A DNA stretch of 64,000 nucleotides from Bacillota bacterium (GTDB lineage Bacteria > Bacillota > Clostridia > Christensenellales > UMGS416), in NCBI GenBank assembly GCA_023422005.1, contig JAEZSC010000151.1:25182-89181 (forward strand), in the 5' to 3' direction. Below are positions 9,117-18,083 of the stretch, one piece after another (position 1 is the first letter of the stretch; each line of letters opens with the position of its first letter). The position numbers and the translations under genes are program-made. A model generated the notes under the pieces. That model was not told where the DNA came from, did not search any database, and worked only from the letters and a program-made list of their open reading frames with translations.

Positions 9117-10094
9117 TTACCAAGCGTAGGCCTGCGGCGCTTCTCCTCCGGGCCCTGGGAAGATGGCGTCCAATCTGTCCATCAGGCCATCGTCCATCTT
9201 CACGTCCAGCACATGCAGCGTGTCTTCCAGCTGCTTCAACGTGCGCGGCCCGATGATGGGCGCGGTGACGGCGGGGTTGGCCAGCATCCAGGCCAGCGCC
9301 AGGTCTGCTTCCTTCTCCCCCGCTTCTCTGGCCAGCGCGGCGAAGGCCTGCAGCTTGGCGCGGGTGGCTTCGTCCAGATGGTCGGCGCTGGCGCGGGCGC
9401 CGGCGCGCTGTTCAAAGGCGTGGCCGCCCAGCAGGCCGCCGGCCAGCGGGCTCCAGGGGATCACGCCGATGCCATGCTCCAGCGCGGCGGGCAGCACCTC
9501 CAGCTCCGGCAGGCGGCACAACAGGTTGTATTTGTGCTGTTCGGACACCAGGCCCAGGAAATTTCGGGCCTTGGCCTCGTACTGCGCCTTAACCAGGTCT
9601 CGGGCCGCGAAGTTGGACGCGCCGATGTAATCGATCTTGCCGTGGTTCACGGCGGCCTCAAAAGCGCCCCACAGCTCATCCCAGCTCACGGAGCGGTCCA
9701 CATGGTGCATCTGGTAAAGCTCGATGTGGTCGGTCTGTAGGCGCTTGAGCGACCCGTCCAGATGGCGGCGAATCTTGTAGGCCGACAAACCCCGGGGAGC
9801 GTTGGGTCCATCCTCGGCATTCTCCATGTCACCGTATACCTTGGTGGCCAGCACCACGCGCTCCCGCCGGCCGCCGCCCTGGGCAAACCAGCGGCCTATG
9901 ATCTCCTCGGTGCGGCCATGGTTGCCCGCGCCGCCGTACACGTTGGCGGTATCGAAGAAGTTGATGCCCGCGTCCAGCGCCCGGTCCATAATGGCGAAGG
10001 ACTCCTTTTCGTCGGTGGCATTGCCAAAGTTCATCGTGCCCAGGCTCAGGCGGCTTACCAGCAGGCCGGATCGGCCCAATTTCGTATATTCCAT
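9117..10094 (-). CDS. Aldo/keto reductase family oxidoreductase
   Basis: 325 aa. MEYTKLGRSGLLVSRLSLGTMNFG...FFDTANVYGG signature. GGAGGAA RBS. Confidence 0.9.
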   Translation of the reverse strand: MEYTKLGRSGLLVSRLSLGTMNFGNATDEKESFAIMDRALDAGINFFDTANVYGGAGNHGRTEEIIGRWFAQGGGRRERVVLATKVYGDMENAEDGPNAPRGLSAYKIRRHLDGSLKRLQTDHIELYQMHHVDRSVSWDELWGAFEAAVNHGKIDYIGASNFAARDLVKAQYEAKARNFLGLVSEQHKYNLLCRLPELEVLPAALEHGIGVIPWSPLAGGLLGGHAFEQRAGARASADHLDEATRAKLQAFAALAREAGEKEADLALAWMLANPAVTAPIIGPRTLKQLEDTLHVLDVKMDDGLMDRLDAIFPGPGGEAPQAYAW

Positions 10095-10144
10095 GGGAAA
10101 TTCCTCCTTATGAGCGTTTCATTCGCGCACAGTATAGCGCAACG

Positions 10145-10180
10145 AAAAAACGCGCTCTGTGGCTGAAATCACAGAGCGCG
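10145..10180 (-). terminator. Intrinsic terminator ending the efflux ABC operon
   Basis: On the minus strand: CGCGCTCTGTG-atttcagc-CACAGAGCGCG followed by TTTTTT. Confidence 0.75.
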
Positions 10181-10200
10181 TAATATCTTTGGTGGTTTGG

Positions 10201-11124
10201 TTACTCCGCTTGCTCGGGCTGCTCATCCTTGCGGGGCTCCTGGGGGTTGAAGAGCACAACCTTGCCGTCCTGCATCTCCACGCGCACCTTGGAGCGGCCA
10301 TGGATGCCGATCTGCTCCAGATAGTTCCGGGGCACTTGCAGGCGGCCGGTGGCGTCTACCACGGCCAGTTCCACGTGCTGATCACGCTCCTGCTCGGTGT
10401 AGGTGTTCAGATGGCGGATCTCATCGATATAACTGCGGCGGCGCAGGAATTCGCTGGACGTACGCCCGTCGCGGATGGCCACGATGCGGTCCACCTTGCG
10501 CGAGAGCGATTGGTCGTGGGTCACGATGACGACGGTCTGGCCCAGCTGGCGGTTGACATCGCGGAAGATGTCCATGATCATGTCCGCCGTGCGGCTGTCC
10601 ACCGATCCTGTGGGCTCGTCGGCCAGCAGCAGCTGGGGTTTGTTGGCGATGGCAATGGCGATGGCCACCCGCTGCTGCTCACCGCCGGAGAGCTGGCTGA
10701 GCTTGTTGCGCCAGCGGTGCTCCAGGCCCACGATCTCCAACAGTTCCCGCGCGCGCTCATTGCGCTGCTTGGCGCTGGTGAGCACCATGGGCAGCTGCAC
10801 ATTCTCCAGCGCCGTCATATAGGGGATCAGGTTGCGGGCGTTGTTCTGCCAGATGAAGCCCACGGACTCCCGCTTGTACTTGATGTAATCCTTCTCGGTG
10901 AACTTCAGCAGGTTTTTGCCATCCACAACCAACGTGCCGGCGCTGGGACGGTCCAGCCCGCCGATCATGTTGAGCAGCGTGGACTTACCCGAACCGGAGT
11001 TGCCGATGATGGCCATCAGCTCTCCCTTTTCCACGCACATATCCAGGCCTTGAAGCGCCACTACCTCGGTCTCACGGGTCTTGTAGATCTTAACGAGATT
11101 TTCACAAAGGATCATTTCGCTCAT
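10201..11124 (-). CDS. ABC transporter ATP-binding protein (MacB/LolD-like) with a C-terminal extension of about 80 aa resembling an AbrB/SpoVT swapped-hairpin domain
   Basis: Walker A GNSGSGKST, signature LSGGEQQRVAIA, Walker B LLLADEPT. The tail GRLQVPRNYLEQIGIHGRSKVRVEMQDGKVVLFNP fits the AbrB/MazE pattern. Confidence 0.9.
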   Translation of the reverse strand: MSEMILCENLVKIYKTRETEVVALQGLDMCVEKGELMAIIGNSGSGKSTLLNMIGGLDRPSAGTLVVDGKNLLKFTEKDYIKYKRESVGFIWQNNARNLIPYMTALENVQLPMVLTSAKQRNERARELLEIVGLEHRWRNKLSQLSGGEQQRVAIAIAIANKPQLLLADEPTGSVDSRTADMIMDIFRDVNRQLGQTVVIVTHDQSLSRKVDRIVAIRDGRTSSEFLRRRSYIDEIRHLNTYTEQERDQHVELAVVDATGRLQVPRNYLEQIGIHGRSKVRVEMQDGKVVLFNPQEPRKDEQPEQAE

Positions 11125-11843
11125 AACGCTTCACCCACTTCCTCAGGGAACGTGTTGAACGTCTCTTCGACGATGGCGCCATCCTCCAGGCTGTAGACAT
11201 GGTCGGCCAGCTCCATCATGTTGGGGTCATGGGTCGTCATGACGATCGTGATACCCTCTTTGCGCACCAGCTGGCGGAACAGCTTCATAACCTGCAGGCC
11301 CATCATCGTGTCCAGCTCGGCGGTGGGCTCGTCGGCGAAGATGACGCGGGGCCGGTGGGCGATGGCTCGGGCGATGGCCACGCGCTGCTGCTCGCCGCCG
11401 GAAAGCTCGCCCGGGCGGTGGCGCATGCGCGCCTTCAGGCCGATGAAGCTTAAGCACTCCTCCACCCTGGGCTTCCACTCCTTGCGGGGCGCACCGCTCA
11501 AGCGCAGCGAAAACTCCACGTTTTCATAGGCGGACATGGAACTGATGAGCGCCACGGACTGGAACACGAAGCCGATGTCCTTCAGCCGCAGCGTGTCGCG
11601 CTGCACCTCGGGCATCGCCGTGATCTCGCGGCCGCCGAAGAACACCTTGCCGTCGTTGGGCTTGTCCAACGCGCCAAGGATGTTCATAAGCGTGGTCTTG
11701 CCGCTGCCGGAGCGCCCCTTGAGTACGGTCAGCGTGCCCGGCAGCACGTCCAGCGTGATATCGCGCAGCGCGTGTATGGTCTCTCCGCCGGAGTGGAAGA
11801 TACGGTTGACGTTGTCCGTGGAGATGATTGGTTTGGGCTGCAT
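11121..11843 (-). CDS. ABC transporter ATP-binding protein (MacB/LolD-like)
   Basis: 240 aa. GRSGSGKTT, LSGGEQQRVAIARA, VIFADEPT. A 4-nt overlap with the downstream ATPase gene. Confidence 0.9.
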   Translation of the reverse strand: MQPKPIISTDNVNRIFHSGGETIHALRDITLDVLPGTLTVLKGRSGSGKTTLMNILGALDKPNDGKVFFGGREITAMPEVQRDTLRLKDIGFVFQSVALISSMSAYENVEFSLRLSGAPRKEWKPRVEECLSFIGLKARMRHRPGELSGGEQQRVAIARAIAHRPRVIFADEPTAELDTMMGLQVMKLFRQLVRKEGITIVMTTHDPNMMELADHVYSLEDGAIVEETFNTFPEEVGEAL

Positions 11844-11846
11844 GGC

Positions 11847-14684
11847 TCAATCCTCCCCGAGTTTGATGGCCTGGGCAATCTTGATGCGCGACACGAGCAC
11901 GCCCAGCAAGCCAAGGCCGGAAACCAGCATGAAGCCGATGACCGAATAGAGCCGGATGTAGTCGGCGCGGCTGGCGATGACATGGAACGGGGGCACCTGA
12001 TCGGCAGAGCTGTAGACCAGGCCCAGCAGCGGCACGAACAGCTGGCACATGAGCCCGCCTATAACCAGGCCCACGACGATGGAAGCGCCGGAAATCATGA
12101 TTTGCTCACATACCAGCGTCAGGATGACGCGGCCGGAGCTCATGCCCATGGCGCGGAAGATACCGAACTGCAGCGTGCGGCTCTGCAGGGACAGTATCCA
12201 GTAGATGAAGAAGCCGATCATGCTGATGGCCATCGTCACGACAAAGCCCAGCGTCATGGCGCCGTTGGTGCCCAGCAGCAACGGGTCGTTCTTCTTAGCC
12301 GTAATGTCCTGTTTGGCGTCGGCGAAGCTGGTCAGCGTCATCTTCTTGGCCTCGATGTCGGCGTAGATCTGCTCGCTGGTGGCGTTCTCGGCGCGCTTAT
12401 ACCAGATCTGATAGGGCTGCAGCATCGTGGAGCTCTGCATGTAGCGCAGGTTGGAGACCACGAAATACTTGCTCTCGTCTTTGAAGGGGTTGATACCCGG
12501 CCAATAGTCCACCGCGGCGTATACGACGCCTTCCACCGGCTGCTTGGCGATATTGTAATAGATTGTGTCGCCGGGCTCCAGGTTGTAGTCGGCCATCAAA
12601 GCTCTGGACACCAGCACCGCGTTGGGCGCAGTAGACAGCAGGTTCAGATAGTCGTTGATGTGGTATTGACCGTACAACCCATTGGGCGTCCAGGCCACCT
12701 TGCCGAACTTGTCCGGCTCGATTGCCATCACAACGCCGTTTTTTGAGTTGCTGTTGTTACGGTCGGAGATCAGCGTTTGGTCGGCCAGATAAACCTTGGC
12801 GGCGGCAGCCGTGCCATCCAGTTTGCTGTAGACGTCGAAATCCGGCTCGATATACGTGATGACCGATTGGGGAATGGAAACATCGGCGGTGGGCGGGCCC
12901 ATTTGCGGGCCGCTGGAGGAATACTCCTTCTGATCGCTCACCCACTTCATCTGAAGGGTGATGTCCGCGCCGGCGGCGTAGTTCACCCGGTCTTCAATGT
13001 TCTGGTTGATGGTGCGCGCCGAGTTGGCGCTGAACACGCCGATGGACACCGTTAGGATCAGGAACAGCATCAGGAACTGCTCGCGCCCGGTGGAGCGACC
13101 GACCTGTATGAAGGACGTGTAGAGCACCGGTGTCCAGATTGTGCGGCCCGCCCAGGAGATGAAGCGGATGAAATAGGGATACAGCCGCAGGAACAGCATG
13201 CCCGCGCCCAGCACGAACAGCGTGGAAATCAGGAACAGGAAGGGGTCGATGGGCACATCCATGCCTTCGGCGGCGGTCACCATCACGGTCTGCTTGCGCA
13301 GATTGTAGCTGTAAAGCCCATAGAGAGAGACACCGATGAATACAAAATCCAGGAAGAACTTCTGCCAGATCGGCGCGTTCCACCGGCGGGATTTCTTTTG
13401 CTTGTGCTCCACGATGGTGGCCTGGGAGGCCAGCAGCGCCGGCACCATCATCATGGCCACCGAGAACACGCCGGCATACAGGGCGTAGAGCAGCGTCTTG
13501 CCCGTCATGCGCAACGGCAGCGCCGTGCGCGAGACGAACTCCAAAAAGCCGTTGGAGGCGCCCAGCACGCGGCAGATCATCATGCCTACGATGGGCCCCA
13601 GCACCACGGCCGCGCCGCTCAGCAGCAGGCTCTGTAGGAAATAGCTGCCGAACACTTGAGCCCGCCCGGCGCCGCGGCTTCGAAGCACAGCAATCTCGTT
13701 TTTGTCATTCTCCACGATGAGCTGCGTCACCATAAAGATGTAGAAAGCCAGCATCAGCAGGATGGGCACCTGCAACACCCAAAGCGTGAGCTTGAGCTGC
13801 TGCTCGCGCACCAGATACTTATCCAATATCCTGAGCGCCGGGAAGTCCCACGAGGTGCCGCGGAAGCTGGTCATGTATTCCTGCTGATCCTTGAGCATCT
13901 GCAGGGTGGACTGCAAGCCCTCCACAGTAATCTTGGAATAATCCACCGCGAAGTACCAATAGCCGCTGACCACAGCCTTGTTCTTATAGACGAGGTCGCG
14001 CATCATCAGATCATAATCCATGAACAGCGCGCTTTCATACAGGCGCGTATGCTCGCTCCAATAGGCATCCTCGCCGGGAGCCTGCTGGAAGATGCCCACG
14101 ATCTTGTAAGTCATTTCCGGCAGCTGTTTGGTCGTGTCGGTCACGACGATCTCCTCATCCAGATAGAGATCGCACACGCTTTGGGCCGCCGCGTCGATCA
14201 TGACCTCATAGACGCCGTTCACCGGCTCCTTGGCGGGCAGCCGTCCGGCCAGCAGCTTCACATGCCTGTCGATATCGGTCATGCCGAAGGTGCTCATATA
14301 GACCTTCTGCGGCTCTTCCGTTTTCTGAACCTTGGGCAATACGGACATGTGGTCCATACCCACACGGGTCACACGGCTCAGATAGGGCAGATCCAGCTTG
14401 TCGGCCATCTTGGCGCCGACGGTCTGGTCGAAATAACGGTAAGCGTTCAGGCGTTCATCGCCGCTATAATAGGTGAACGCCTTCAGCTGCATGACATAGC
14501 GGCCGGGATAATAGCCGGTGTTGGCCTGAAACTGCTCCAAATCCTTGGTCAGCATGCGCTGCAGAATGCCGTCGGTATACAGCGGTATGGAGCTGACCAT
14601 GGCCACCGCCAGCACGGATCCCACAACCAAACAGGCCATCAGCCACTTGTTGTTGAATATCTTTCTTAGAACAAGAAAGAACAA
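11847..14684 (-). CDS. Large FtsX-family ABC transporter permease (two FtsX modules)
   Basis: 945 aa with hydrophobic clusters at the N-terminus, middle and C-terminus. TTG start with a GGGGGGA RBS. It lies between the membrane-fusion protein gene and the ATPase genes. Confidence 0.85.
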   Translation of the reverse strand: MFFLVLRKIFNNKWLMACLVVGSVLAVAMVSSIPLYTDGILQRMLTKDLEQFQANTGYYPGRYVMQLKAFTYYSGDERLNAYRYFDQTVGAKMADKLDLPYLSRVTRVGMDHMSVLPKVQKTEEPQKVYMSTFGMTDIDRHVKLLAGRLPAKEPVNGVYEVMIDAAAQSVCDLYLDEEIVVTDTTKQLPEMTYKIVGIFQQAPGEDAYWSEHTRLYESALFMDYDLMMRDLVYKNKAVVSGYWYFAVDYSKITVEGLQSTLQMLKDQQEYMTSFRGTSWDFPALRILDKYLVREQQLKLTLWVLQVPILLMLAFYIFMVTQLIVENDKNEIAVLRSRGAGRAQVFGSYFLQSLLLSGAAVVLGPIVGMMICRVLGASNGFLEFVSRTALPLRMTGKTLLYALYAGVFSVAMMMVPALLASQATIVEHKQKKSRRWNAPIWQKFFLDFVFIGVSLYGLYSYNLRKQTVMVTAAEGMDVPIDPFLFLISTLFVLGAGMLFLRLYPYFIRFISWAGRTIWTPVLYTSFIQVGRSTGREQFLMLFLILTVSIGVFSANSARTINQNIEDRVNYAAGADITLQMKWVSDQKEYSSSGPQMGPPTADVSIPQSVITYIEPDFDVYSKLDGTAAAAKVYLADQTLISDRNNSNSKNGVVMAIEPDKFGKVAWTPNGLYGQYHINDYLNLLSTAPNAVLVSRALMADYNLEPGDTIYYNIAKQPVEGVVYAAVDYWPGINPFKDESKYFVVSNLRYMQSSTMLQPYQIWYKRAENATSEQIYADIEAKKMTLTSFADAKQDITAKKNDPLLLGTNGAMTLGFVVTMAISMIGFFIYWILSLQSRTLQFGIFRAMGMSSGRVILTLVCEQIMISGASIVVGLVIGGLMCQLFVPLLGLVYSSADQVPPFHVIASRADYIRLYSVIGFMLVSGLGLLGVLVSRIKIAQAIKLGED

Positions 14685-14700
14685 TGGAATCCCCCCTTGC

Positions 14701-15717
14701 CTAGCGGATAACCTTCTCGCCTTCGGTCAAACCGCTGACGATCTCAGACTCGGTGCTGGTTTCTATGCCGACTACGACATCCTTCTCGACCTTGATGCCG
14801 TTCTCCAGCACGCCCACGTAGCGGCGGCTGTTGAAGGTTTTGACCACGCTCCTGGGCAGCACAAGCACGTTATCGGCCTGGGCCACAATCAGCTGCAGGC
14901 GCGCCTCGTCGCCCACCAGCGTCTTGGCCATGATGTCGTCGGGCACCTTGATGAACAGCATCTTGTCCAGGTCTTCTTTGTTGACCTTGTCGCGGTCAAA
15001 GGGGGCGGACACGACCACACCCTCGGTCGTCGTGCCATCCTTGAGTGTCACATTGACCTTGGAACCGATCTGGAACATGGCCCGGTTCTGCTCGTTGACA
15101 TAGGTCAGCATCTTGGTGGCCTGGTCTTCGATCTTGACCAGCGTGGCATAAGAATCCACCCACGAGCCCTGGGACGCCGTTGTGATATAGGTGACCTGAC
15201 CGTCGATGGGAGCCCGCAGAAGACTGTCTTCCATCTGTTTTCTAAGTTGGTCCAGCTGGATCTGCGCAATCTCCAGGTCGATTTCCGCGTTTCGGAGTTG
15301 CGCCTTTCTCAAATACCGTTTGTTCTGTTCAAAATTGAGCTTCTGCTGCTCCATGCGCAGCTCGGCGATCTTCAGGTTCATGGCCAGATCGTCGTTGGTC
15401 AGCTCCATGAGCACGTCGCCCTTTTTGACCATGTCGCCAATCTTGACGTTGATCTTCTTAATGCGGCCGCCGCTGGCGGTGTAGTAGACATCCTCACGGT
15501 AAACCGACTGGAACTTGCCAGTGCCGGTCACGGAGTCCACGATGCTGCCCTTCTTGACCTCCACCGTGGAGTAGATGACATCCTTGGGCTCCACCAGCGG
15601 AGGCGCCTGCAGCTTCTCCTCTTTGGGCAGGATGTACTGACAGCCGGCCATAGCAGCGACCAGCAGCGCCGCGACGAGGAGTGACAGAACTTTTATCGTC
15701 TTTGCGACAGCGTTCAT
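14701..15717 (-). CDS. HlyD/MacA-type periplasmic adaptor (membrane fusion) protein
   Basis: Start set at MNAVAKTIKVLSLL (signal-anchor, AAAGGGG RBS). Coiled-coil segment (LKIAELRMEQQKLNFEQNKRYLRKAQLRNAEIDLEIAQIQLDQL) flanked by beta-barrel regions. Confidence 0.85.
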   Translation of the reverse strand: MNAVAKTIKVLSLLVAALLVAAMAGCQYILPKEEKLQAPPLVEPKDVIYSTVEVKKGSIVDSVTGTGKFQSVYREDVYYTASGGRIKKINVKIGDMVKKGDVLMELTNDDLAMNLKIAELRMEQQKLNFEQNKRYLRKAQLRNAEIDLEIAQIQLDQLRKQMEDSLLRAPIDGQVTYITTASQGSWVDSYATLVKIEDQATKMLTYVNEQNRAMFQIGSKVNVTLKDGTTTEGVVVSAPFDRDKVNKEDLDKMLFIKVPDDIMAKTLVGDEARLQLIVAQADNVLVLPRSVVKTFNSRRYVGVLENGIKVEKDVVVGIETSTESEIVSGLTEGEKVIR

Positions 15718-15759
15718 ATGGCGAACCCCTTTCAACGATAGATAGACGTAAGCGCAACC

Positions 15760-15788
15760 ATTATAAACGCATAAGTGCATAAACGCAA
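15760..15788 (-). promoter_or_regulatory. Candidate sigma-A promoter of the efflux operon
   Basis: Minus strand: TTGCGT, a 17-nt spacer, then TATAAT, about 40 nt upstream of the adaptor gene start. Confidence 0.45.
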
Positions 15789-15878
15789 GAATGCACCACG
15801 GCCATGTGAAAATCGACCGTGTAAACGTTTCTATACCTGGCTTTCGTCACGGTTATGGAAGTGAACAGGCAATCCTGT

Positions 15879-17066
15879 CTAGACAACAATCAGCGTTTCG
15901 GACAGCCCTGTCAGGCAGCGCGTCTCCTCTTTTCCCACAAAAAACGTATTTTCGCGGCCCACCATGCCAAAACCCGCAATGCCCTTTTTGGGCTCTACGG
16001 CGAAGGCCATGCCAGCCTGGATGGGCTCGCGGAAGCCCTCGGCCAACACCGGCTGCTCGTCTATCAGCAGCCCCACGCCGTGGCCCAGGAACTTGACGCG
16101 CCGGGTGCCAAAGCCCATGAAGTTGCGCTGAAAATCCTCATCCAGGCCGGCTATGACGGCACGGTAGATGCTCTCGGGCGTTTGCCCCGGCCGCAGCATT
16201 TGGGCGACCTGCTCCTCGATGGCGGCGCAGGCGGCGTCAGCCTGCACGGCCTGCCGCGGCGGTTTGCCGCCGAACACATAGGTCATCGTGCAATCGGTGT
16301 GGTAGCCCTCCACGCCGCAGCCCACGTCGATAAAAATCAGGTCGCCGTGACGCAGGCGGCGCTCCCGGCTGCCCAGCACCGGCGCCGCGGTGGTCAGGCC
16401 AACGGACCCGCCGGGGCCGTTGAAGCTGGTACCGGCCAGCGAATGTTCTCCAAAGGCCAGCTGACCCACGGCGAATTCAGCGCCAAACATGCCAAAGCGG
16501 CTGACGCCGTGATGACCGGCGTCCACAAGCTCCTGATAAATGGCCATGGCCAGATCGGCCTCGCTGATGCCCTCGCGCAGAAGCGCCGGCACACGCTCCA
16601 CCATAACCCGGCGGTGGATGGCACCGGAGCGTTCCATGAGCTCGCGCTCGTAAGGGGTTTTCACCGCGCGGGCATAGCTCAGTACCGCATCCATGGGCAG
16701 CGCCTGGGCAAAGCCGAAGGCCTTCTGCAGCCGCTGCACCATGGCCAGCGGAGCGGTTTCCACTTCCATGTGCACGGTCTGCGCGCCCAGCGGCGCGGCT
16801 GCCGCGGCGTCGCGGTAGCTCTCCATAGGCAGGATCGGCTCAAAGAGCGACTCCTCGCGGGCGCGCTCCAGACTGCGGCGCACGAAGAGCACCGGCTGGT
16901 CCCCCCGGCGGATGACCAGCAGCCCATCCTGCACACAGCCGGTCAGATAATACTGGTTGACGCGGCTGGTGACCAGCGCCGCCTGCCAGTCCGGGCAGCG
17001 GGCGTCCATCTGGGCCAAAAAAGCGGCCATATGCCGCTGCAGCTCCTCACGCGGTACTCTGTGCAT
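15879..17066 (-). CDS. M24 family metallopeptidase (Xaa-Pro aminopeptidase/creatinase fold)
   Basis: Start set at MHRVPREEL (GAGGAGG RBS). Pita-bread-fold metal-ligand context HGDLIFIDVGCGVEGYHTDCT...GHGVGL...VEP. Confidence 0.85.
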   Translation of the reverse strand: MHRVPREELQRHMAAFLAQMDARCPDWQAALVTSRVNQYYLTGCVQDGLLVIRRGDQPVLFVRRSLERAREESLFEPILPMESYRDAAAAAPLGAQTVHMEVETAPLAMVQRLQKAFGFAQALPMDAVLSYARAVKTPYERELMERSGAIHRRVMVERVPALLREGISEADLAMAIYQELVDAGHHGVSRFGMFGAEFAVGQLAFGEHSLAGTSFNGPGGSVGLTTAAPVLGSRERRLRHGDLIFIDVGCGVEGYHTDCTMTYVFGGKPPRQAVQADAACAAIEEQVAQMLRPGQTPESIYRAVIAGLDEDFQRNFMGFGTRRVKFLGHGVGLLIDEQPVLAEGFREPIQAGMAFAVEPKKGIAGFGMVGRENTFFVGKEETRCLTGLSETLIVV

Positions 17067-17076
17067 TCCTACCTCC

Positions 17077-17883
17077 TCAACCATAAAGCAGCCCCAGTAT
17101 CCAGTTGAATGTGCGGTCGGGCAGCAGCCGCTTCAAGAACAGCACCAGCTTATAGAACGTGCCCACAGCCACGCGCACCGGCGGGTGGCTGCGACGGGCC
17201 ATCCGGCATACGACGGCGGCCACGGCCTGTGGCGGGGCGCCGTTCTGTTCGTCGTGCTCCATGCGCTTAAGAGACCGGCGCAGCCGCGCCTCGTGATGGG
17301 GACTGACCGTGGCGGTCAGCCGCCGGGCCGTGGTGAAGCCCGTACGCGTGTCGCCGGGCAGCACGCTGGTCACCCGCACGCCCTGGGGTGCAGCCTCTAT
17401 GCGCAGCGCCGCCGACAACGCCTCCAGCGCCGCTTTGCTGGCGCTGTACATGGCCTGATAAGCGATGGGCGTGGCAGCCGCCACGGAACTGATGTTGATG
17501 ATGATGCCGCCGGTCTTGTTCAGATTGGGCAGCGTGGCGCGGCACACCCGCACAACGCCGAAAAAGTTGGCGTCGAACTGGGCGATGGCCTCGGCGGCGC
17601 TGGTGTCCTCTATGGCTCCGGCGATGCCGCTGCCGGCGTTGTTCACAACCGCGTCCAGCCGGCCCTCCCGGGCCAGGATCAGGGCCACGGCAGCCGACAC
17701 CGAATCATCGTCGGTGACGTCCATGCGCACCATGGCGATGCCGTTCCCCTCGACGACCTCGCCGACGGCCACACCGCGCGAAGTGCCATACACGCGCCAG
17801 CCCTCCCGCGCCATACCCCGCGCCACAGCCTGGCCGATGCCGCCAGACGCGCCGGTAACCAGCGCAACCTTCCTGTTCTCCAT
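17077..17883 (-). CDS. Short-chain dehydrogenase/reductase (classical SDR)
   Basis: Start set at MENRKVALVTGASGGIGQAV (TGxxxGIG Rossmann motif). YSASKAAL catalytic motif. Confidence 0.9.
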   Translation of the reverse strand: MENRKVALVTGASGGIGQAVARGMAREGWRVYGTSRGVAVGEVVEGNGIAMVRMDVTDDDSVSAAVALILAREGRLDAVVNNAGSGIAGAIEDTSAAEAIAQFDANFFGVVRVCRATLPNLNKTGGIIINISSVAAATPIAYQAMYSASKAALEALSAALRIEAAPQGVRVTSVLPGDTRTGFTTARRLTATVSPHHEARLRRSLKRMEHDEQNGAPPQAVAAVVCRMARRSHPPVRVAVGTFYKLVLFLKRLLPDRTFNWILGLLYG

Positions 17884-18083
17884 GCTTGCCTCCCCGCGGC
17901 GCGAGCGGCTATACGCGCGCCGCAAGCCACAATATACAGTATCCCACATGATAAGGTGACATTCGGGGAAATACAAGGTGTTTTCCGCTCAAACAAGTCC
18001 GTATTGTTGGTGTTGCATGGCTGATGTGGTATAATGCGTTCAATATCCGCATCATTCATCTTTCATAAATCAGGAGGAATTTC

